Assembly (NCBI RefSeq): GCF_009914755.1
Contig: NC_060930.1
Origin: the human T2T-CHM13v2.0 reference genome, Homo sapiens
Length of the DNA: 64,000 nt
Reading direction: 5' to 3' (one strand)
The notes below the pieces were generated by a model that did not search any database, was not told where the DNA came from, and saw only the letters and a list, made by a program, of their open reading frames with translations. The stretch's first letter is position 1, and every line of letters starts with the position of its first letter. Both the position numbers and the translations under genes were made by a program. Of this stretch, positions 1-19,515 are shown one piece after another.

Positions 1-347
<347 letters not shown>

Positions 348-360
348 TTAAAAAAAATGC

Positions 361-577
361 CACTGGTTCTCAACCTAGGGTGATTTTGTCCTCCAGGGGA
401 CATTTGGCAATGTCTAGTGACAGTGTTGATTACCACAGCTAAGGGGAAGGGATGTTTCTGGCATCCAGTGGGCAGAGACCAGAATGTGAAGCCACATCCT
501 GCAGTGTCCAGGGCAGTGTCTCTGAAAAGGATGGGCTAACCCAAACTGCCCATGGTACCGAGGCTGAGAAACCCTCA
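361..577 (+). mobile_element. MER20 (hAT-Charlie DNA transposon relic)
   Basis: Matches the MER20 consensus: ggttctcaac...ggggacatttggcaatgtct...ctggcatccagtggg...gagaaaccct. Confidence 0.85.
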
Positions 578-2093
578 CTTAATGTACCACCCTAGGGATT
601 AGGAGGAATGAATTAAAGTGGAATGTTTCACAACCATTTTAATTATGATTAAAAAAAAAACTATGATATTGTCCATGTATATTTATGTTTAAGACTTATT
701 GTTAGGTAAAAAAATTATAAAATTATATTTGTGGTGTTCATATGATCAGAAAAAATACATTAATTAAAATTTCATATGTAAAGAATATTACATCTTTCAT
801 GTTTTCCATAGAATGAATACATTTTTGTATGTATGTGTATATACACAGAGAGGGAGAAAGACAAAGTAGCACATAAATAAAAATACATACATTTTACTAC
901 CTATTACAGTATTTACTCTTCTACACACTTCTCAGTTCATGTATATACGGGAGGTTTCTTACATCCTGCATGGATGCCTGAGGTTCCACCACTAAGGAGT
1001 CTTGTCCCTAAGTGAAGAAGTCATTAAAGCTGTTTATGTAAAGCCTGTGTCTTGGAGACAGGGTGTTATCTCTTTATCAGTCACATGCATTGGGTATGAA
1101 ATGGCCGATTGGATTGGCTGGCGTGCCTGTCACTCCACACCGCCCTGGGACCAGACAGCTTTGGTGACCGAGCTGGAGAGGGGCTCCAGAGCTGGACTGA
1201 CCCTGAGAAGGCTCCACCTCAGAGCAGCACAGGGAGGAGATGAGGCCCCACTGGTTTCCCTGGGGCCAGGCCTCATGTCAAATTGCAGAAACAGCCTGAG
1301 GACAGAGCCATGGAGAGCTGAGGAGAGGGCAGGCTTGTCCATTCCAACTTCCATCTCTGCCTCTGACCCACATCTGTGGAATCAGGGCGGTGAACCAGAA
1401 GCCTCTGGAGTTTCTCAGTGCTCTGATCCCGTGAATTCCTCCTCTGTCCCCGTGATTTCCCAATGAATGGATGCTTCCCATTCTCACCAAGTGCCTGTTG
1501 AAACTTTCCTCAGCCTGACAGCTTTCTTCTGTTACTTTCAAATGATGACAGGCTCCCAGGAGGAAAGTTTAGGTAAACCTCTCTTCAAGTGCTGCGTCCC
1601 AAAAGTCCCAAAGAACTGTCTACCTATGAGGCGCTCTCAGGACCTGGGACGTGTGATCACGGTATCCGGGGAGCAGCCAGCGCTGCGCCCTGGGGAGGAG
1701 GAGGCGCCGGGTTACTGGCTCCGGGCTGCATCCCCTCGTCTGGGTCTGTGCTGTTCCTGCACTTCATAACATAATTTTCCTCTTATTCCTTAAGGCTCAA
1801 CAAGTCTTCTACTGCTCTCAGTCACTTTATCCTGGGAGTCAGATGTTTGCCTGGTTTTTTAGTGCATGTGAATACCTACCCAAAATTGCTCTGTGATTTT
1901 CAAAATGCTAAATTCCGTAGATTCTTTGAGACCAGTGACTTTCACTCTTTCAATCCATTTCCATTGGGTTGAACTGTGAAGTATGATGGGAAGAGAAAAG
2001 AACACCTTTGTAAACAGCCAAAAAAATAAATAAATAAAACAAGGAAAACCTCCACAATGTCTTGAACTTCACAGACTTGTGCAAGGTTGGAGC

Positions 2094-2270
2094 CAGTGTT
2101 CTTAACCCTGGCACTATTGACGTTTTAGGCTGGACAATTCTTTGTGGTCAGAGACTGTCCTCCCTGTGGAAGAGTATTTAGCAATGTCCCTAGGCTATAC
2201 CTACCAGATGCCTGTAGCTCTGCCCTTAACCCCCACTACAGGGTGAAAAGTCAAAAATGTAAAAATGTCC
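2094..2270 (-). mobile_element. MER20
   Basis: Reverse complement of the MER20 consensus (aaccctggcactattgac...tttagca...ccagatgcc). Confidence 0.8.
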
Positions 2271-2664
2271 TATCTAGGGCAACACAGAGATCCATGTGCC
2301 CCGTTGAGCCTTCACTGTGAAGGTGCAGGAGCCCAGAGCTCGTCTCTCTTCTGTGGAGATGGATGCCTCCTCTTGGTGGCCTGCAAGAATGTGGTTGATC
2401 CCAGACCATACGTCTGAAGAGTCATCAGTCCCATTGAGCAGCAGACCATAGCTGGGATGGTTTATAAAAACTGGTCCAGTACATACATGCAAGTGTTACA
2501 AGTCATCATGTTTGTGGTAGAAATTGTGATAATTAGGAATGATAATATGTTCTTCTTTGTATTCATTCATGCAACCTAAATTGTCTATGTTTATTCGTTT
2601 AGTAATTTTTTAAAAGCTCAAGAAATGGAAGAAATGAGAGAGATGTTTCATGTACTCTTAGGTG

Positions 2665-3550
2665 ATGTGGCCAACACACCCTAAGGTCACCCCTCCCCGG
2701 TGATCTATGTTTTGGATAATCCACTCCCCTGAGCATAAAGGGGCTTGTGACATAATTCTAGATAATAGAATACAGCAAATGTGATGGTTACATCTGATGT
2801 GAGATTCTGCCTTAGCAAGTGGGGGCAAGAGAGACTCCCTCTTGCTGACTTGTGTAAGAAGGGCTGCCATCCTATAGGAAGGACTGTGAGAGGCCATGTG
2901 GCAGGAACCATGGCAGCCCCTGGATGCTGAGAGTGGTCCCCAGCTGATAGGTTTGGCTGTGTCTCCACCCAAATCTCATCTTGAATTGTAGCTCCCATAT
3001 TTCCCACATGTTGTGGGAGGGAACTGGTGGAAGATAATTGATTCATGGGGGCAGTTTCCCCCATACTGTTCTCATGGTAGTGAATAAGTCTCATGAGATC
3101 TGATGGTTTTATAAGGGGAAACCCCTTTTGCTTGGCTCTCATTCTCTCTTGCCTGCTGCCATGTAAGGTGGGCCTTTTGCCTTCCACCATGATGGTGAGG
3201 CCTCCCCAGCCACATGGAACTGTGAGTCCATTAAACCTCTTTTTTTTTTTTAATAAAGTACCCGGTCTCGGGTATGTCTTGATCACTAGTGTGAAAATAG
3301 ACTAATACACCAGCTGACTACCCCCCAAAAACAGGAACTTCAGTCCTACAACCACCAACAACCTGAGAGAGCCTCTGACAGGACCACAGCCCTGACTGAG
3401 CCCTGATTGTAGCCTGCTGAGACTCAGAGTGGAGGCCACAGCTGGTCTATGCCTGAACTTCTGACCTACTGAGAGCGGAGGTAACTGGTGTGTGATGTTT
3501 TGAGTCACTAGGCTGTGGTCATTTGTTATGCAGCCGCAGGTAACAAACAC
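2665..3550 (+). mobile_element. MLT1 (E/F-type) MaLR LTR interrupted by THE1
   Basis: MLT1 motifs (ggccatgtggcaggaa, ttctgaccta, tttgttatgcagc) on both sides of the THE1 insertion. Confidence 0.75.
2945..3309 (+). mobile_element. THE1 solo LTR (THE1C-like)
   Basis: tgataggtttggctgtgt...gactaataca termini; perfect 5-bp TSD CCAGC at 2940-2944 and 3310-3314. Confidence 0.92.
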
Positions 3551-4069
3551 AGACAGCTTCCCTCTCCTTTGAAAACACATCAGCCAAATGCCTTTCATTC
3601 TTGCAGCCACCTCTAGGCTAAGAGAATGTGAACCCTTGAGTATTCAGTATCTGCCAGATCAGAACTTACAGGATATTGAGGGGGACATGCAGCCTGGAAG
3701 AGCCGGAAGCTGACCTGCCTTGCCGCTCTGCTTGCCGCTCTGCCGCTCTGCCTTGATGGACTCCTATGGACACAAGCAATGCCACACAGCACCAACACTG
3801 GACAGGGACACACTGTGATGGTGGGGGCGGGGGCAAGGCAAATCAATACCCCTCTGTAATCTGGTCTGGTCACAAACAAAAACAAGAACATGGTCAATAC
3901 CACAAATACGCCTAGGCATCCTCCACCCCGGCTTATGTGAGCAGCTGCTGCTTTTACATCAATTGTAGCACCAGCCTCATTCCATTTCTCCCACCTTCCA
4001 GGACAATTAAGACATTCAACCACAGAATTACTCCCATTTCCAGACAGCACTCCATCTGAGCATGGCCTG

Positions 4070-4625
4070 TGTATTAGTCAGGGTTCTCTAAACGGATAGA
4101 ACTAATAGGATAGATGTATATATGAAGGTGAGTTTATCAGGAGAATTGGCTCACATGATCACAAGGGGAAGTCTCACAATAGGCCGACTGCAAGCTGAGG
4201 AGCCAAGAAGCCAGTCTGAGTCCCAAACTTCAAAGGTAGGGAGGCTCACAGTGCAGCCTTCAGTCTGCGGCTAGAGGCCTGGGAGCCCCTGGCAAACCAA
4301 TGGTGTAAGTCCAAGAGTCCAAAAAAAAAAAAAAAAGCTGAAGAACTTGGAGTCTGATGTTCGAGGGCAGGAAGCATCCAGCATGGGAGAAAGATGAAGG
4401 CTGGAACACTCAGCAAGTCTGCTCATTCCAACTTCTGCCTGCTTTATTTTAGCTGCTGTGGCAGCTGATTAGATGATGCCCACCCAGATTGAGGGTGGGT
4501 GTGCCTCTCCCAGTCCACTGACTAAAATGTTAATCTCCTTTGGCCACACTCTCACATATACACCCAGGAACAATCCTTTGCATCCTTCAATCCAATCAAG
4601 TTGACACTCAATATTAACCATCACA
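4070..4625 (-). mobile_element. MLT2A (ERVL) solo LTR
   Basis: tgtattagtcagggttctct...tattaaccatcaca termini; 5-bp TSD GCCTG at 4065-4069 and 4626-4630. Confidence 0.92.
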
Positions 4626-5819
4626 GCCTGTTTCCTTGACCCTCCCCAAGATCACCTTGTATAAGCCAAACCCTCCAAGTCTTTCCCAAGGCCCTCTCAC
4701 TGCTGCTGCTGAGCTGCTGCTGGGTCCCAGTGGTGCACAGCCTTCCTTGTTGTGATGAGCCAGTCGATGGCCTCAACTTTGCTGGGCTACAGGTGTGTTC
4801 CTGGTGGCCTTTAGATGACATCATTGACAAGATTATGACCAAGATAATTTTGATGCATCCTAGTTTCAGCTTAAAATTTGGGAAAACATTCATTTAAAAA
4901 TAACCCATACCAAGGTTTTCACAAAATACAATCAAAATCAGGGCATATTAGTAGGTAGCTCATATGTGTACCTGCTCGGTATGTGCTGTTGTCATTGATG
5001 TCTGGAATGAAGTAATGAATTAGAAAGTCTTCAAACACCAAAGAATGATTTAATGAACTATATTTACATAGTGTATATAACACATATAACATAATTACTT
5101 TTTCCTAAAGATAAGAAATTATAATTGTGCATTTTAGAAAGATTTGGTCAAAAGAGGAGGAGGTATGAGGATTTTATCATGATTCTCAATTTCACAAGCA
5201 TTTCTGTAAATTAGGAGCCTACTGTACTAACTAGAAATGGTGAATGGGTTTTCAACTTCAATTCCATCCATCACGTCCCATCTAAATGCTCTGAGGTGGT
5301 AACAACAAACTGTGTCCTAGATCTTCTTCAAGCTGAAGTGCTTTGGGATGATCGCATATTCCAACAATACCCCCTGGAGGCCAGTTGGCCAGGGCCAGGG
5401 GACACTTGTCCTCACAGAAGCAGGTCTGTGCCACTTCTCAGCTGTCAGAATTTGGATTTCCACCCTGATCCAGCTGCTAAACTGTCCCTACCACGTGTCC
5501 CTCACCCACCACCAGCCAGTGACTCCTAGCTCATGCAATTTCCGGTGCTCACCTCTTGCTGTCCCCCACCTGGCCCTATCATAAGTTTGTGTCCATGTTG
5601 CATTCAGTGCATGAGACACTGAGAGTGGTCCCCAGCCGACAGCCACCCATGATTCATTGACAGAAGAGAAAGGGGACACAGGGAAGAAATCTGTTACACC
5701 AGCGAGACAGAAGCCGCCCCTTTACAAAGGTGCATGGTGGGAAAGACAGAGACATCCCAGCTGTACTGCAAAAAGACCACATTTTGAAAGATGGTTTCAA
5801 GGCCAGGCATGGTGGCTTA

Positions 5820-6125
<306 letters not shown>

Positions 6126-6759
6126 TCACACCTGTAATCCTTGCACTTTGAGAGGCCAAGGCATGTGGCTTGCATGAGCTCAGGAGTTTGAGACCAGCCT
6201 GGGCAATATGGTGAAACCCCGTCTCTACTAAAATACAAAAAATTAGCCAGGCATGGCGGTGTGCACCTGTAGTCCCAGCTACTCGGGACACTGAGGCAGG
6301 AGAATCGCTGGAACCCAGAAGGCGGAGGTTGCAGTAAACTGAGATAGTACCACCACACTACAGCCTGGGCCACAGAGTGAGACTCCATCTCCATGAAAAG
6401 AAAAAAAAAAAAAAAAGAATGGGCCTGCTTAGCTCCTAGTTCACCCTGTTTTTTCAGCCAATCCCTCCAGACCTCAGGGGGTGGCAGCAGCATTTGTACT
6501 CTAGGCTCATCTTCTCCCTCAGGTCTTACAGTCAATTATATTACTAATCAGGAAAAGATATTGAGGCTGCCTACTCAGCTGCCATTTCCCTCTTTTTTAC
6601 TATTATTTTTTTTAATAGAGACGGGGTCTCACTATGTTGCCCAGGCTGGTCTTGAACTCCTGGGCTCAAGCAATCCTCCTGCCTCAAGATTTACAAATGT
6701 GAGCCACCACACCATGCCAGTCCTCCCTCTTTTTCCCTTAGTTTTTGTTTTTGTTTTGA

Positions 6760-7110
<351 letters not shown>

Positions 7111-7204
7111 TAATCCCAACACTTTGGGAGGCTGCGGCAGGCAGATCACGAGGTCAGGAGTTCGAGACCAGCCTGGCCAGCATGGTGAAACCCCGTCTCT
7201 ACTA

Positions 7205-7435
<231 letters not shown>

Positions 7436-8350
7436 TTAAAAAAAATTTGTACCATTATCATTTCCAGACCCTTCACAGCACATATTTTATCGGGGTTTTA
7501 TAGTAATTCATCCTTTCCACTAGTGCACTTAGCAACCAAGACAGCTCATACCCCCACATACAGACAAACTTGCTATTAAAAGGGTCAAAGTCTTAGTTTC
7601 CTCAAGTGTACTATGAATACCCAGGGAAAGACTCCAATACCAAGCATGAGATAAATAATGCCCATATGAGAATTTTCAACTTTTAAAGAAAAGTAAGTCA
7701 AACTGTCTCATGGTAGGAAACTAGGGTTCCCGCAACCCCTCTCTTCAATTTCATAATTTGCTAGGACAGCTCACAGGGAATCACTTTTAATTCGACGGTC
7801 TAAATGTAATCTAATTGCCAAGTCTGGAAGAACACTAAAAAAAAAAAAAAAAATCTCTTATGAGTAACTTCCCATATAATGATGAATACTACTTCCATAA
7901 ATTATCCCAATGGTATTTTCTATTTACGTGCTAAAGCTAAGTAGATTTTTCAAAGAGATAATCAATTTAGATTCATGTGTTTAGATCAGAGGTAGAAATT
8001 GCAGTCCAAAGATGTAATAGTAAATCAAGAAAGTTCAATAATTTGTCCACAAAAATCAAAGGAGATCATAGTCTTGAGACAATTTTTCAAAAATTTAAAA
8101 ATTTAATAACTCCCCAAGTTCCTCTTAGGTAAAATGTATACATGCTTTACTAAGAAAAATTACAAGAATTTAAAATAATATTTATAAAGTACTTTGCTGT
8201 TTATAAGCTACTACACCCAACATCTTAATCTCTTCAAGAAACGTCCAAGGTAGATGATACACACACAACAGGGTTATGAAGGATCAGAAATTGGAAAACC
8301 CATCCAATGTTACTCATCTAGTAGACTGTGGGGCTGGGCCTTAAACCTAG

Positions 8351-8557
<207 letters not shown>

Positions 8558-9372
8558 TAATTTTTGTATCTTTAGTAGAGACAGGGTTTCATCACGTTGG
8601 CCAGGCTGATCTCAAACTCCTGATCTCAGGTGACCCACCCACCTCAGGCTCCCAAAGTGCTGGGATTACAGGCGTGAGCCACCGTGCCCAGCCCAGATTG
8701 TGCCATTTTAAAACATTCTCCAAAGCAGCAAGATTTCATTTTTTAACAAGACAGTATTACAGGTCTAAATTCAATTTAATATTCTCAAAATATTACTGAG
8801 AACCTATTTTACAAAGCAAAGTACCAGGGGCTATAAAACTTACATACCCACAAATATATACATCTACTATGTACCCACAAAAATTGAAAATAAAAAAATT
8901 AAAAATAAAAAGCTTCACTTTGGGAGGTTGAGGCAGGCGGATCACTTGACTTCAAGAGTTTGAGATCAGCCTGGCCAACATGGTGAAACCCTGTCTCTAC
9001 TAAAAATACAAAAGTTAGTCAGGTGGTGGTGGCACGTGCCTATAATCCCAGCTACTGGGGAGGCTGAGGCAGGAAAATTGCTTGAACCAGGAGGCAGAGG
9101 TTGCAGTGAGCCTAGATTACACTATTGCCCTCCAGTCTGGGCAACTCAAAAAAATAAATAAGTAAATAACAACAAAAAGCCGACATAGCCAAATAAGACA
9201 ATCCTTGTTCAAAACATGTTGTATTATATGCTTAAAATGGCAAATACAAGGTACCTATACTGTGATAGTACAAACATTCACTAAATTGTTTAAAACATTT
9301 GTAAATGCCTCAGATAGCATGTCTTTGTCTATCGTTTGAGGATATTAAAATTGTTTTTTGATATGATGATAC

Positions 9373-11386
<2,014 letters not shown>

Positions 11387-11734
11387 CACATATCTTGGCT
11401 AAGCTTTTTTTAAAACAATCCTTATCGTTTTAAGGTATATACAAAAATATTTATGAGTAAAATGATGTCCAAGATTTGCTTCGAAATCATCTGAAAGGGG
11501 AAACAGAAGTAACGCTAGCCATGAACTGTTACAGTAGTTAAATCTGATTGATAGGTACATGGTAGTTCGTGACTATACTTCCGTGTTTGAAATTTCACAT
11601 AATAATGAAGGGTTTTGCTGGGTGCAGTGGCTCACACCTGTAATCCCAGCATTTTGGGAGGCCAAGGTGAGTGGATCACGAGGTCAGGAGATTGAGACCA
11701 TCCTGGCTAACATGGTGAAACACCATCTCTACTA

Positions 11735-12097
<363 letters not shown>

Positions 12098-12116
12098 TCA
12101 CCTGTAATCCCAGCTA

Positions 12117-12224
<108 letters not shown>

Positions 12225-12492
12225 TCAAATAAAACAAATAATGAAGGGTTTTTTCAAAAAATAGTACATGTAGATGGCTTTCTTTTCTCCACAAAAAAGT
12301 TTTCTTCCAAAGACTGAAAATATTTTTTGTCAGGCACACTGCCAAATACTGGATATTGCTGCTGTACAACATTTTATTTTTTATTTTAGTTATTTTGTTT
12401 TATACTTTATATTTTATTTTATCTTATTTTATTTTAAGATGGAGTTTTGCTCTTGTCGCCCATTTTATTTTATTTTATTTTATTTATTTTGA

Positions 12493-12825
<333 letters not shown>

Positions 12826-12857
12826 TAATCCCAGCACTTTAGGAGGCAGGCAGATCA

Positions 12858-13169
<312 letters not shown>

Positions 13170-13180
13170 TCAGGAGTTCA

Positions 13181-13501
<321 letters not shown>

Positions 13502-13814
13502 TCACTGCAACCTCCGCCTCCCAACTTCAACTGAAGCTACTGCCTCAGCCGCACGACTAGCTGGGATTACAGGCCCCTGCACCATGCCCAGCTAATTATT
13601 GTATTTTTAGTTGAGATGGGGTTTCACCATGTTGGTCAGGCTGGTCTCAAACTTCTGACCTCAGGTGATCTGCCTGCCTTGGCCTCCCTAAGTGCTGGGA
13701 TTACAGGCGTGAGCCACGGCGCCCAGCCAACATTCTTTTCTCTTTTTTAATATACTTGCATGAGGTATAAATAGTACTTAAACCAATAAAACGACAAATA
13801 TCTGAACTTCTTAC

Positions 13815-13898
13815 CCAGTGTTTTGTGACTTCTTTCCACAGCTGTTCTTTGAGTTTGTTCAAACATTGCTTCCAAGTCAAATGTGTGAGCTTTTTTAC
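13815..13898 (-). pseudogene. WDR70-like exon 3 (84 nt)
   Basis: ttcatgttttag|GTAAAAAAGCT...ACACTGG|gtaaga; translates as GKKAHTFDLEAMFEQTQRTAVERSHKTL in the WDR70 frame. Confidence 0.92.
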
Positions 13899-14146
13899 CT
13901 AAAACATGAACAAATGGGAGACTGTGATTGTCTTGCAGTAAGTTGGCCAAACTTTAGGTGATCAATACTGATCAATAAACACTTACTTTGTCTAGTTTAT
14001 AGCATGGCTCCAATATAACCATAAAATATCACAGAAGGAGTTTGAGTCACAGAAAACTTCTGATGACAATCCCTTCACTAAGTACTATTAACCAGGCAAC
14101 TTTCCCATCCTCCTCTAGATCCCTACCCTACGAAACAACAACACTA

Positions 14147-14430
14147 ATGTGGGAGGCAGAATGGAGAATGTCCCAAAAGTTACCCTTTGCAAATGTAATT
14201 AAGGTTATGGACTTTTAAATAGGGAAACTATCCTAGTTGGCCCTTAAAGGCAAAGATGCACAACAGCTATGGCAGAAGAAGTCAGAGAGATCCAATGTTT
14301 GAGAAGAATTTGAGGCATTATAGTTGGCTTGAAGACGAAAGGGGCAACATGAGAAGTAATGCAGGTACTTTAAGGAGCTAAGAGGGAAACAGAAATCTCA
14401 GCCCTATAACAAGGAACTGTATGAGCATAG
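14147..14430 (+). mobile_element. MLT1 LTR fragment
   Basis: tgtgggaggcagaat...tttgcaaatgtaattaaggtta...ttggcttgaagacg. Confidence 0.6.
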
Positions 14431-14915
14431 AAACATTCTCCTCCTCCCCCAGTAACTTTATCAAAACTCTTAAAAATTTCCCCTCTTTGGCACAAACATA
14501 TGGACACCTTTCTCACTCCAGAGTAAAGGAATGATGTACTAAAATGAAGGATTTATACCGGGTGGGGTGGCTCATGCCTGTAATCACTTTGAGAGGCTCA
14601 GGTGGGCGGATTGCTTGAGCTCAGGAGATCGATCAGCCTGGGCAACATGGTGAAACCTCGTCTCTACCAAAAGTATAAAAAATTAGCCAGGTGTGGTGGC
14701 ACATATCTGTGGTCCCAGCTACTCAGGAGACTAAGGTGGGAGGATGGCTTAAGTCTGGGAGGAGGAGGCTGCAGTGAGCCAAGATCGCACTAGTACACTC
14801 CAGCCTGGGTGACAGAGGGAGACTCCATCTCAAAAAATAAAAAAATAGAAAAGGCTGGGCGCGGTGGCTCACGCCTGTAATCCCAGCACTTTCGGAGGCC
14901 GAGACGGGCGGATCA

Positions 14916-15210
<295 letters not shown>

Positions 15211-15938
15211 CTACTGTTTAATTACTATCATAGAATTAATACACGCTGGTCAAAAGAGAACAAGAAGACCTTGAGAAAAGGTTCAGGGAAGTTAGAATCC
15301 CAATGTTTGGATGAACAGCATTTATAATTTTAAAATGCAAAATAAAGAGAAATCATTTCTCATGTATCAGTCTACTAAAGTTTTGTTTTCATTTTTTAAA
15401 TAATTTTCTTTTTAAATAATAATACCTACTCTGTGTTGGTACGGATATGGTCAAAATGGCATTCTTAAATTCTGTTAACTTTGGTATAACCTGAAACAAG
15501 TTTTTTGATGGGTATTACGGCAGTAAGCATCAAGAAGCTTTAAAAGGCACATACCCAATTTTTCAGCTTTTTAAGTATTTATACTTCTGAATAAACTAGG
15601 CTCTCTTTTAGAAATCTACCCTACAGAATTACATATTTTTAAAAATCCTCGTACAAATGCTGTTATTTACAAAAATGTTCATTTTAGCATTATTGGTGAC
15701 TTAAAATTAGAAAAATCCTTTCTCTTCCTCTCTCTCCAGGACTCTCATAACTGTCACCTGAGTTGGTTCCAACGGATACGCAGAATAGAAGACAAATGGG
15801 AGAAGAATATTGACAAACTGCAAGGTATGCACCCGAGCTACAGTAATTCCGAGTTGACAGCTCGATCTCCCCTCCCACTCTGCGGCTCTTCAAACCTCTG
15901 CAAAAGGAAGAGGGTCTCTGCCTGGGGCAGTCACTCAC

Positions 15939-16011
15939 CGAACCCCGAACCCCGTGAAGCCCATGGTGACCACAAGCTGCGGGTCCGGTCCCGATGCGTC
16001 TGAGCCTGTCA
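15939..16011 (-). pseudogene. WDR70-like exon 2 (73 nt, with 7-nt tandem duplication GGGTTCG)
   Basis: ttcctcttgctccag|TGACAGGC...ACGGGGTTCGGGGTTCG|gtgagt. Confidence 0.92.
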
Positions 16012-16107
16012 CTGGAGCAAGAGGAAAAGAGAGGCGGCCTAGTTAGTGCGGCGCCCCAGCTCCCCCGACACGGCCCACCCCGCCCGGACTCGCTTCATGA
16101 AACCCAC

Positions 16108-16132
16108 CTTCGCTGGGCCCAGAGCGCTCCAT
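16108..16132 (-). pseudogene. WDR70-like exon 1, coding part (25 nt)
   Basis: ccagccATGGAGCGCTCTGGGCCCAGCGAAG|gtgggt = MERSGPSE, with a strong Kozak context. Confidence 0.92.
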
Positions 16133-16200
16133 GGCTGGCCGCACACCGCAGAACCAGCCACAGCGACAGCCCAAACAACTGCAGGGGAACTTGCCAATAA

Positions 16201-17074
<874 letters not shown>

Positions 17075-18267
17075 TAACCATATTGACCAGGCTGGTCTCA
17101 AACTCCTGACCTCCTGATTCACTCATCTCGGCCTCCCAAAGTGCTGGGATCACAAGCGTGAGCCATCGCAAATACAAATATTCATTAAACGTATAGGCTG
17201 TCTACTTACTCTATGACCTTTCTACCTAGACTAAAGCCAAAAAACTCTGACACCCTAAAAGATTCATAAATTATTTACTACATAAGGTTTAGATGCATCA
17301 TTACCAATATTGCACATAGAAATTTAATGTTGTTAGTTGAGCAAACAGATGCCATGACTATTTCTTCTCTTTATAAATCTTGGTGGCTTATGGCAGCAGA
17401 AGCCTACTCCACTATTTAGGCTCCTATGACAGCTACTTTTCCCCTGTTGAGAAAGTTTCACCTTAAGTTGCTACCAAAAAAATTATACAATTAATGTATT
17501 TTGTAACTCCTGAAAATAATTGTTTATATTATCATCTCAAGTAAAATAAAATATTTTCATAGAGAGATGGAGAGATGTGTAGGCAATTTATCAAATATTA
17601 ACCTCTTCCTAAACATGGGGTTGAATTCCTCCCGTAACATTGTAACGTTGTTAGAATTATGTGAAAGGGGGCTTTGTCTCAACTATCCTGCTAGTCATTC
17701 ATTCAACAGCAATCTATTTATGTTGTATGTTTCCCTAAATGTTTCCATTTTTGCCTCCAAACACTGCTAATTTGGTTTGGTTGCTATTTATTTTATACTG
17801 TCTTATAAATCCCCTGGAAAGTGTATTGCCCCATGCCTGCACACACTGCAGTACAAGAGTGTACTGAAGTACATAATGGAAGGGTTGGTTTTTTCTGCCA
17901 CTCCATCGCTTGAGTTTAAATAATAAGGAAACACAGAGATCTAAAACATTTTGAACAGTTAAGAATTATTAAAAGAAAGTAGAATGACAAACAGGAAAAT
18001 TATCTATCCACATCTATATATGTATATCTTTCTAGAAATGTCCTATAAGGACAAAAGAGGAAAAAATGAAGGGAAAATTATGAACCCTTGAATATGAGTC
18101 CTTCTGAGCAAAACTCTGTTCTTAGCATTTCTCCACTATTATCAAGTTTCTAGTATCCTCCAAGAAAATACCATATTATCATCCTGGAACTTTGGTAGTA
18201 TATACCTGTCCTTTCTATCCCTATCTACAGAGACCTGTCTGATTTAGATTCTAAACTGACCTTCCTC

Positions 18268-18408
18268 ATTTTTTTTTTTTTTTGAGACAATATTGCTCTG
18301 TTGCCTATGGTGGAGTTTAGTGGTGTAATCTAGCCTCACTGCAACGTTTGCCTCCAGGATTCAAGTAATTCTCATGCCTCAGCCACCTGAGTAGGTGGAA
18401 TTAGAAGT
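18268..18408 (-). mobile_element. 5'-truncated old Alu (right arm)
   Basis: Alu right-arm sequence flanked by TSD ttcctcatttt. Confidence 0.8.
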
Positions 18409-18659
18409 GTTCCTCATTTTTAAAACTCTAGAACACAGAAATTTTATTTGTCTCCCAAAGTCCAAAAATTTAACAATAAAAGAAAAATTAAGAGTCAGCT
18501 TTGATATCCTGACATACAGTCTTCTTTGAGATATTAATACCTTTTATAATAAAAATGAATGGGTATTTTTATGACTTTTTAGTAAGAAAATAGTGAACCA
18601 AACCTGCTTGCACACATTTATATTTACATAATTCTCAAAGACAAATATTTAATTATAGA

Positions 18660-18810
18660 AACGGTATATATACATATGTACACACATACATACATTAGTG
18701 ACTCATATTCAAGGACTCATATTCTAGGGTTCATAGTTTTCCCTTCTATATATATATATATATATACACATTATATATATACATACACAGACACATGTAT
18801 ATACACATAT
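18660..18810. repeat. (TA)n/(CA)n low-complexity microsatellite
   Basis: Direct inspection. Confidence 0.8.
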
Positions 18811-18972
18811 AAAATACTAAAAAATGTTTAAAAGTTAACTTGTAAATCTTACATTCAGATATTCTGATTTACCGTGTCTATATCAAGACTCAATATGGTT
18901 TTGTAAAAGTAAACACTCCAAGTAGTTTCGATGCAAGTCATCTAAATCACTCATTAAAAAAATTGTGGCTCA

Positions 18973-19515
18973 TAAGTGTTCATTAACAAATAAATGGATA
19001 AAGAAAATATGGTATATATACCCAAAGGAATACTACAGCGCCATAAAAAGAATCAAATCATGTTATTTGCAGAAACATGAATGAAACAATAGGTCCTTAT
19101 GTTAAGTGAAACAAGCCAAGCATAGAAAGACAAATATTGCATATTCTCACTCATTTGTGGGAGCTAAAAAGTCTGATCTCAGGAAGGTAGAGAGTAGAAT
19201 GATGGTTAACAGAGGCTGGGAAGGAGGCAGGATGAAGATAGATATTGGTTAATGGGTGCACATGTAGAGTTATATAGAAGCGATAAGTTCTAGTGTTCAA
19301 TAGCACACAAGAGTGATTATACTTAGCAATAATTTATTGCCTATTTCAAAATACTCAGAAGAAAAGACTTAAAATGTCCCCAACACATACACACGAAATA
19401 AATGTTGGAGGTAGTGGATATCCTAATTACCATGATTTGGCCATTATGCATTGTATGCATGCGTCGAAACATCACATGAACCCCATAAATATGTACAATC
19501 AATATGTATCAATTC
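18973..19515 (+). mobile_element. L1MA-type LINE-1 3' end
   Basis: ORF2 end and 3'UTR motifs (aatggataaagaaaatatgg, ttctcactcatttgtgggagctaaaa, ccccataaatatgtaca). Confidence 0.88.

Noticed and set aside
1002-1769. 154-aa and 100-aa plus-strand ORFs
   Set aside because: No recognisable homology, and the 154-aa ORF starts at a non-ATG codon
361-2270. Inverted similarity between 361-577 and 2094-2270
   Set aside because: Explained by two independent, highly diverged MER20 copies
2705-3286. Longest ORF in the window (193 aa)
   Set aside because: Antisense read across the THE1/MLT1 LTR junction
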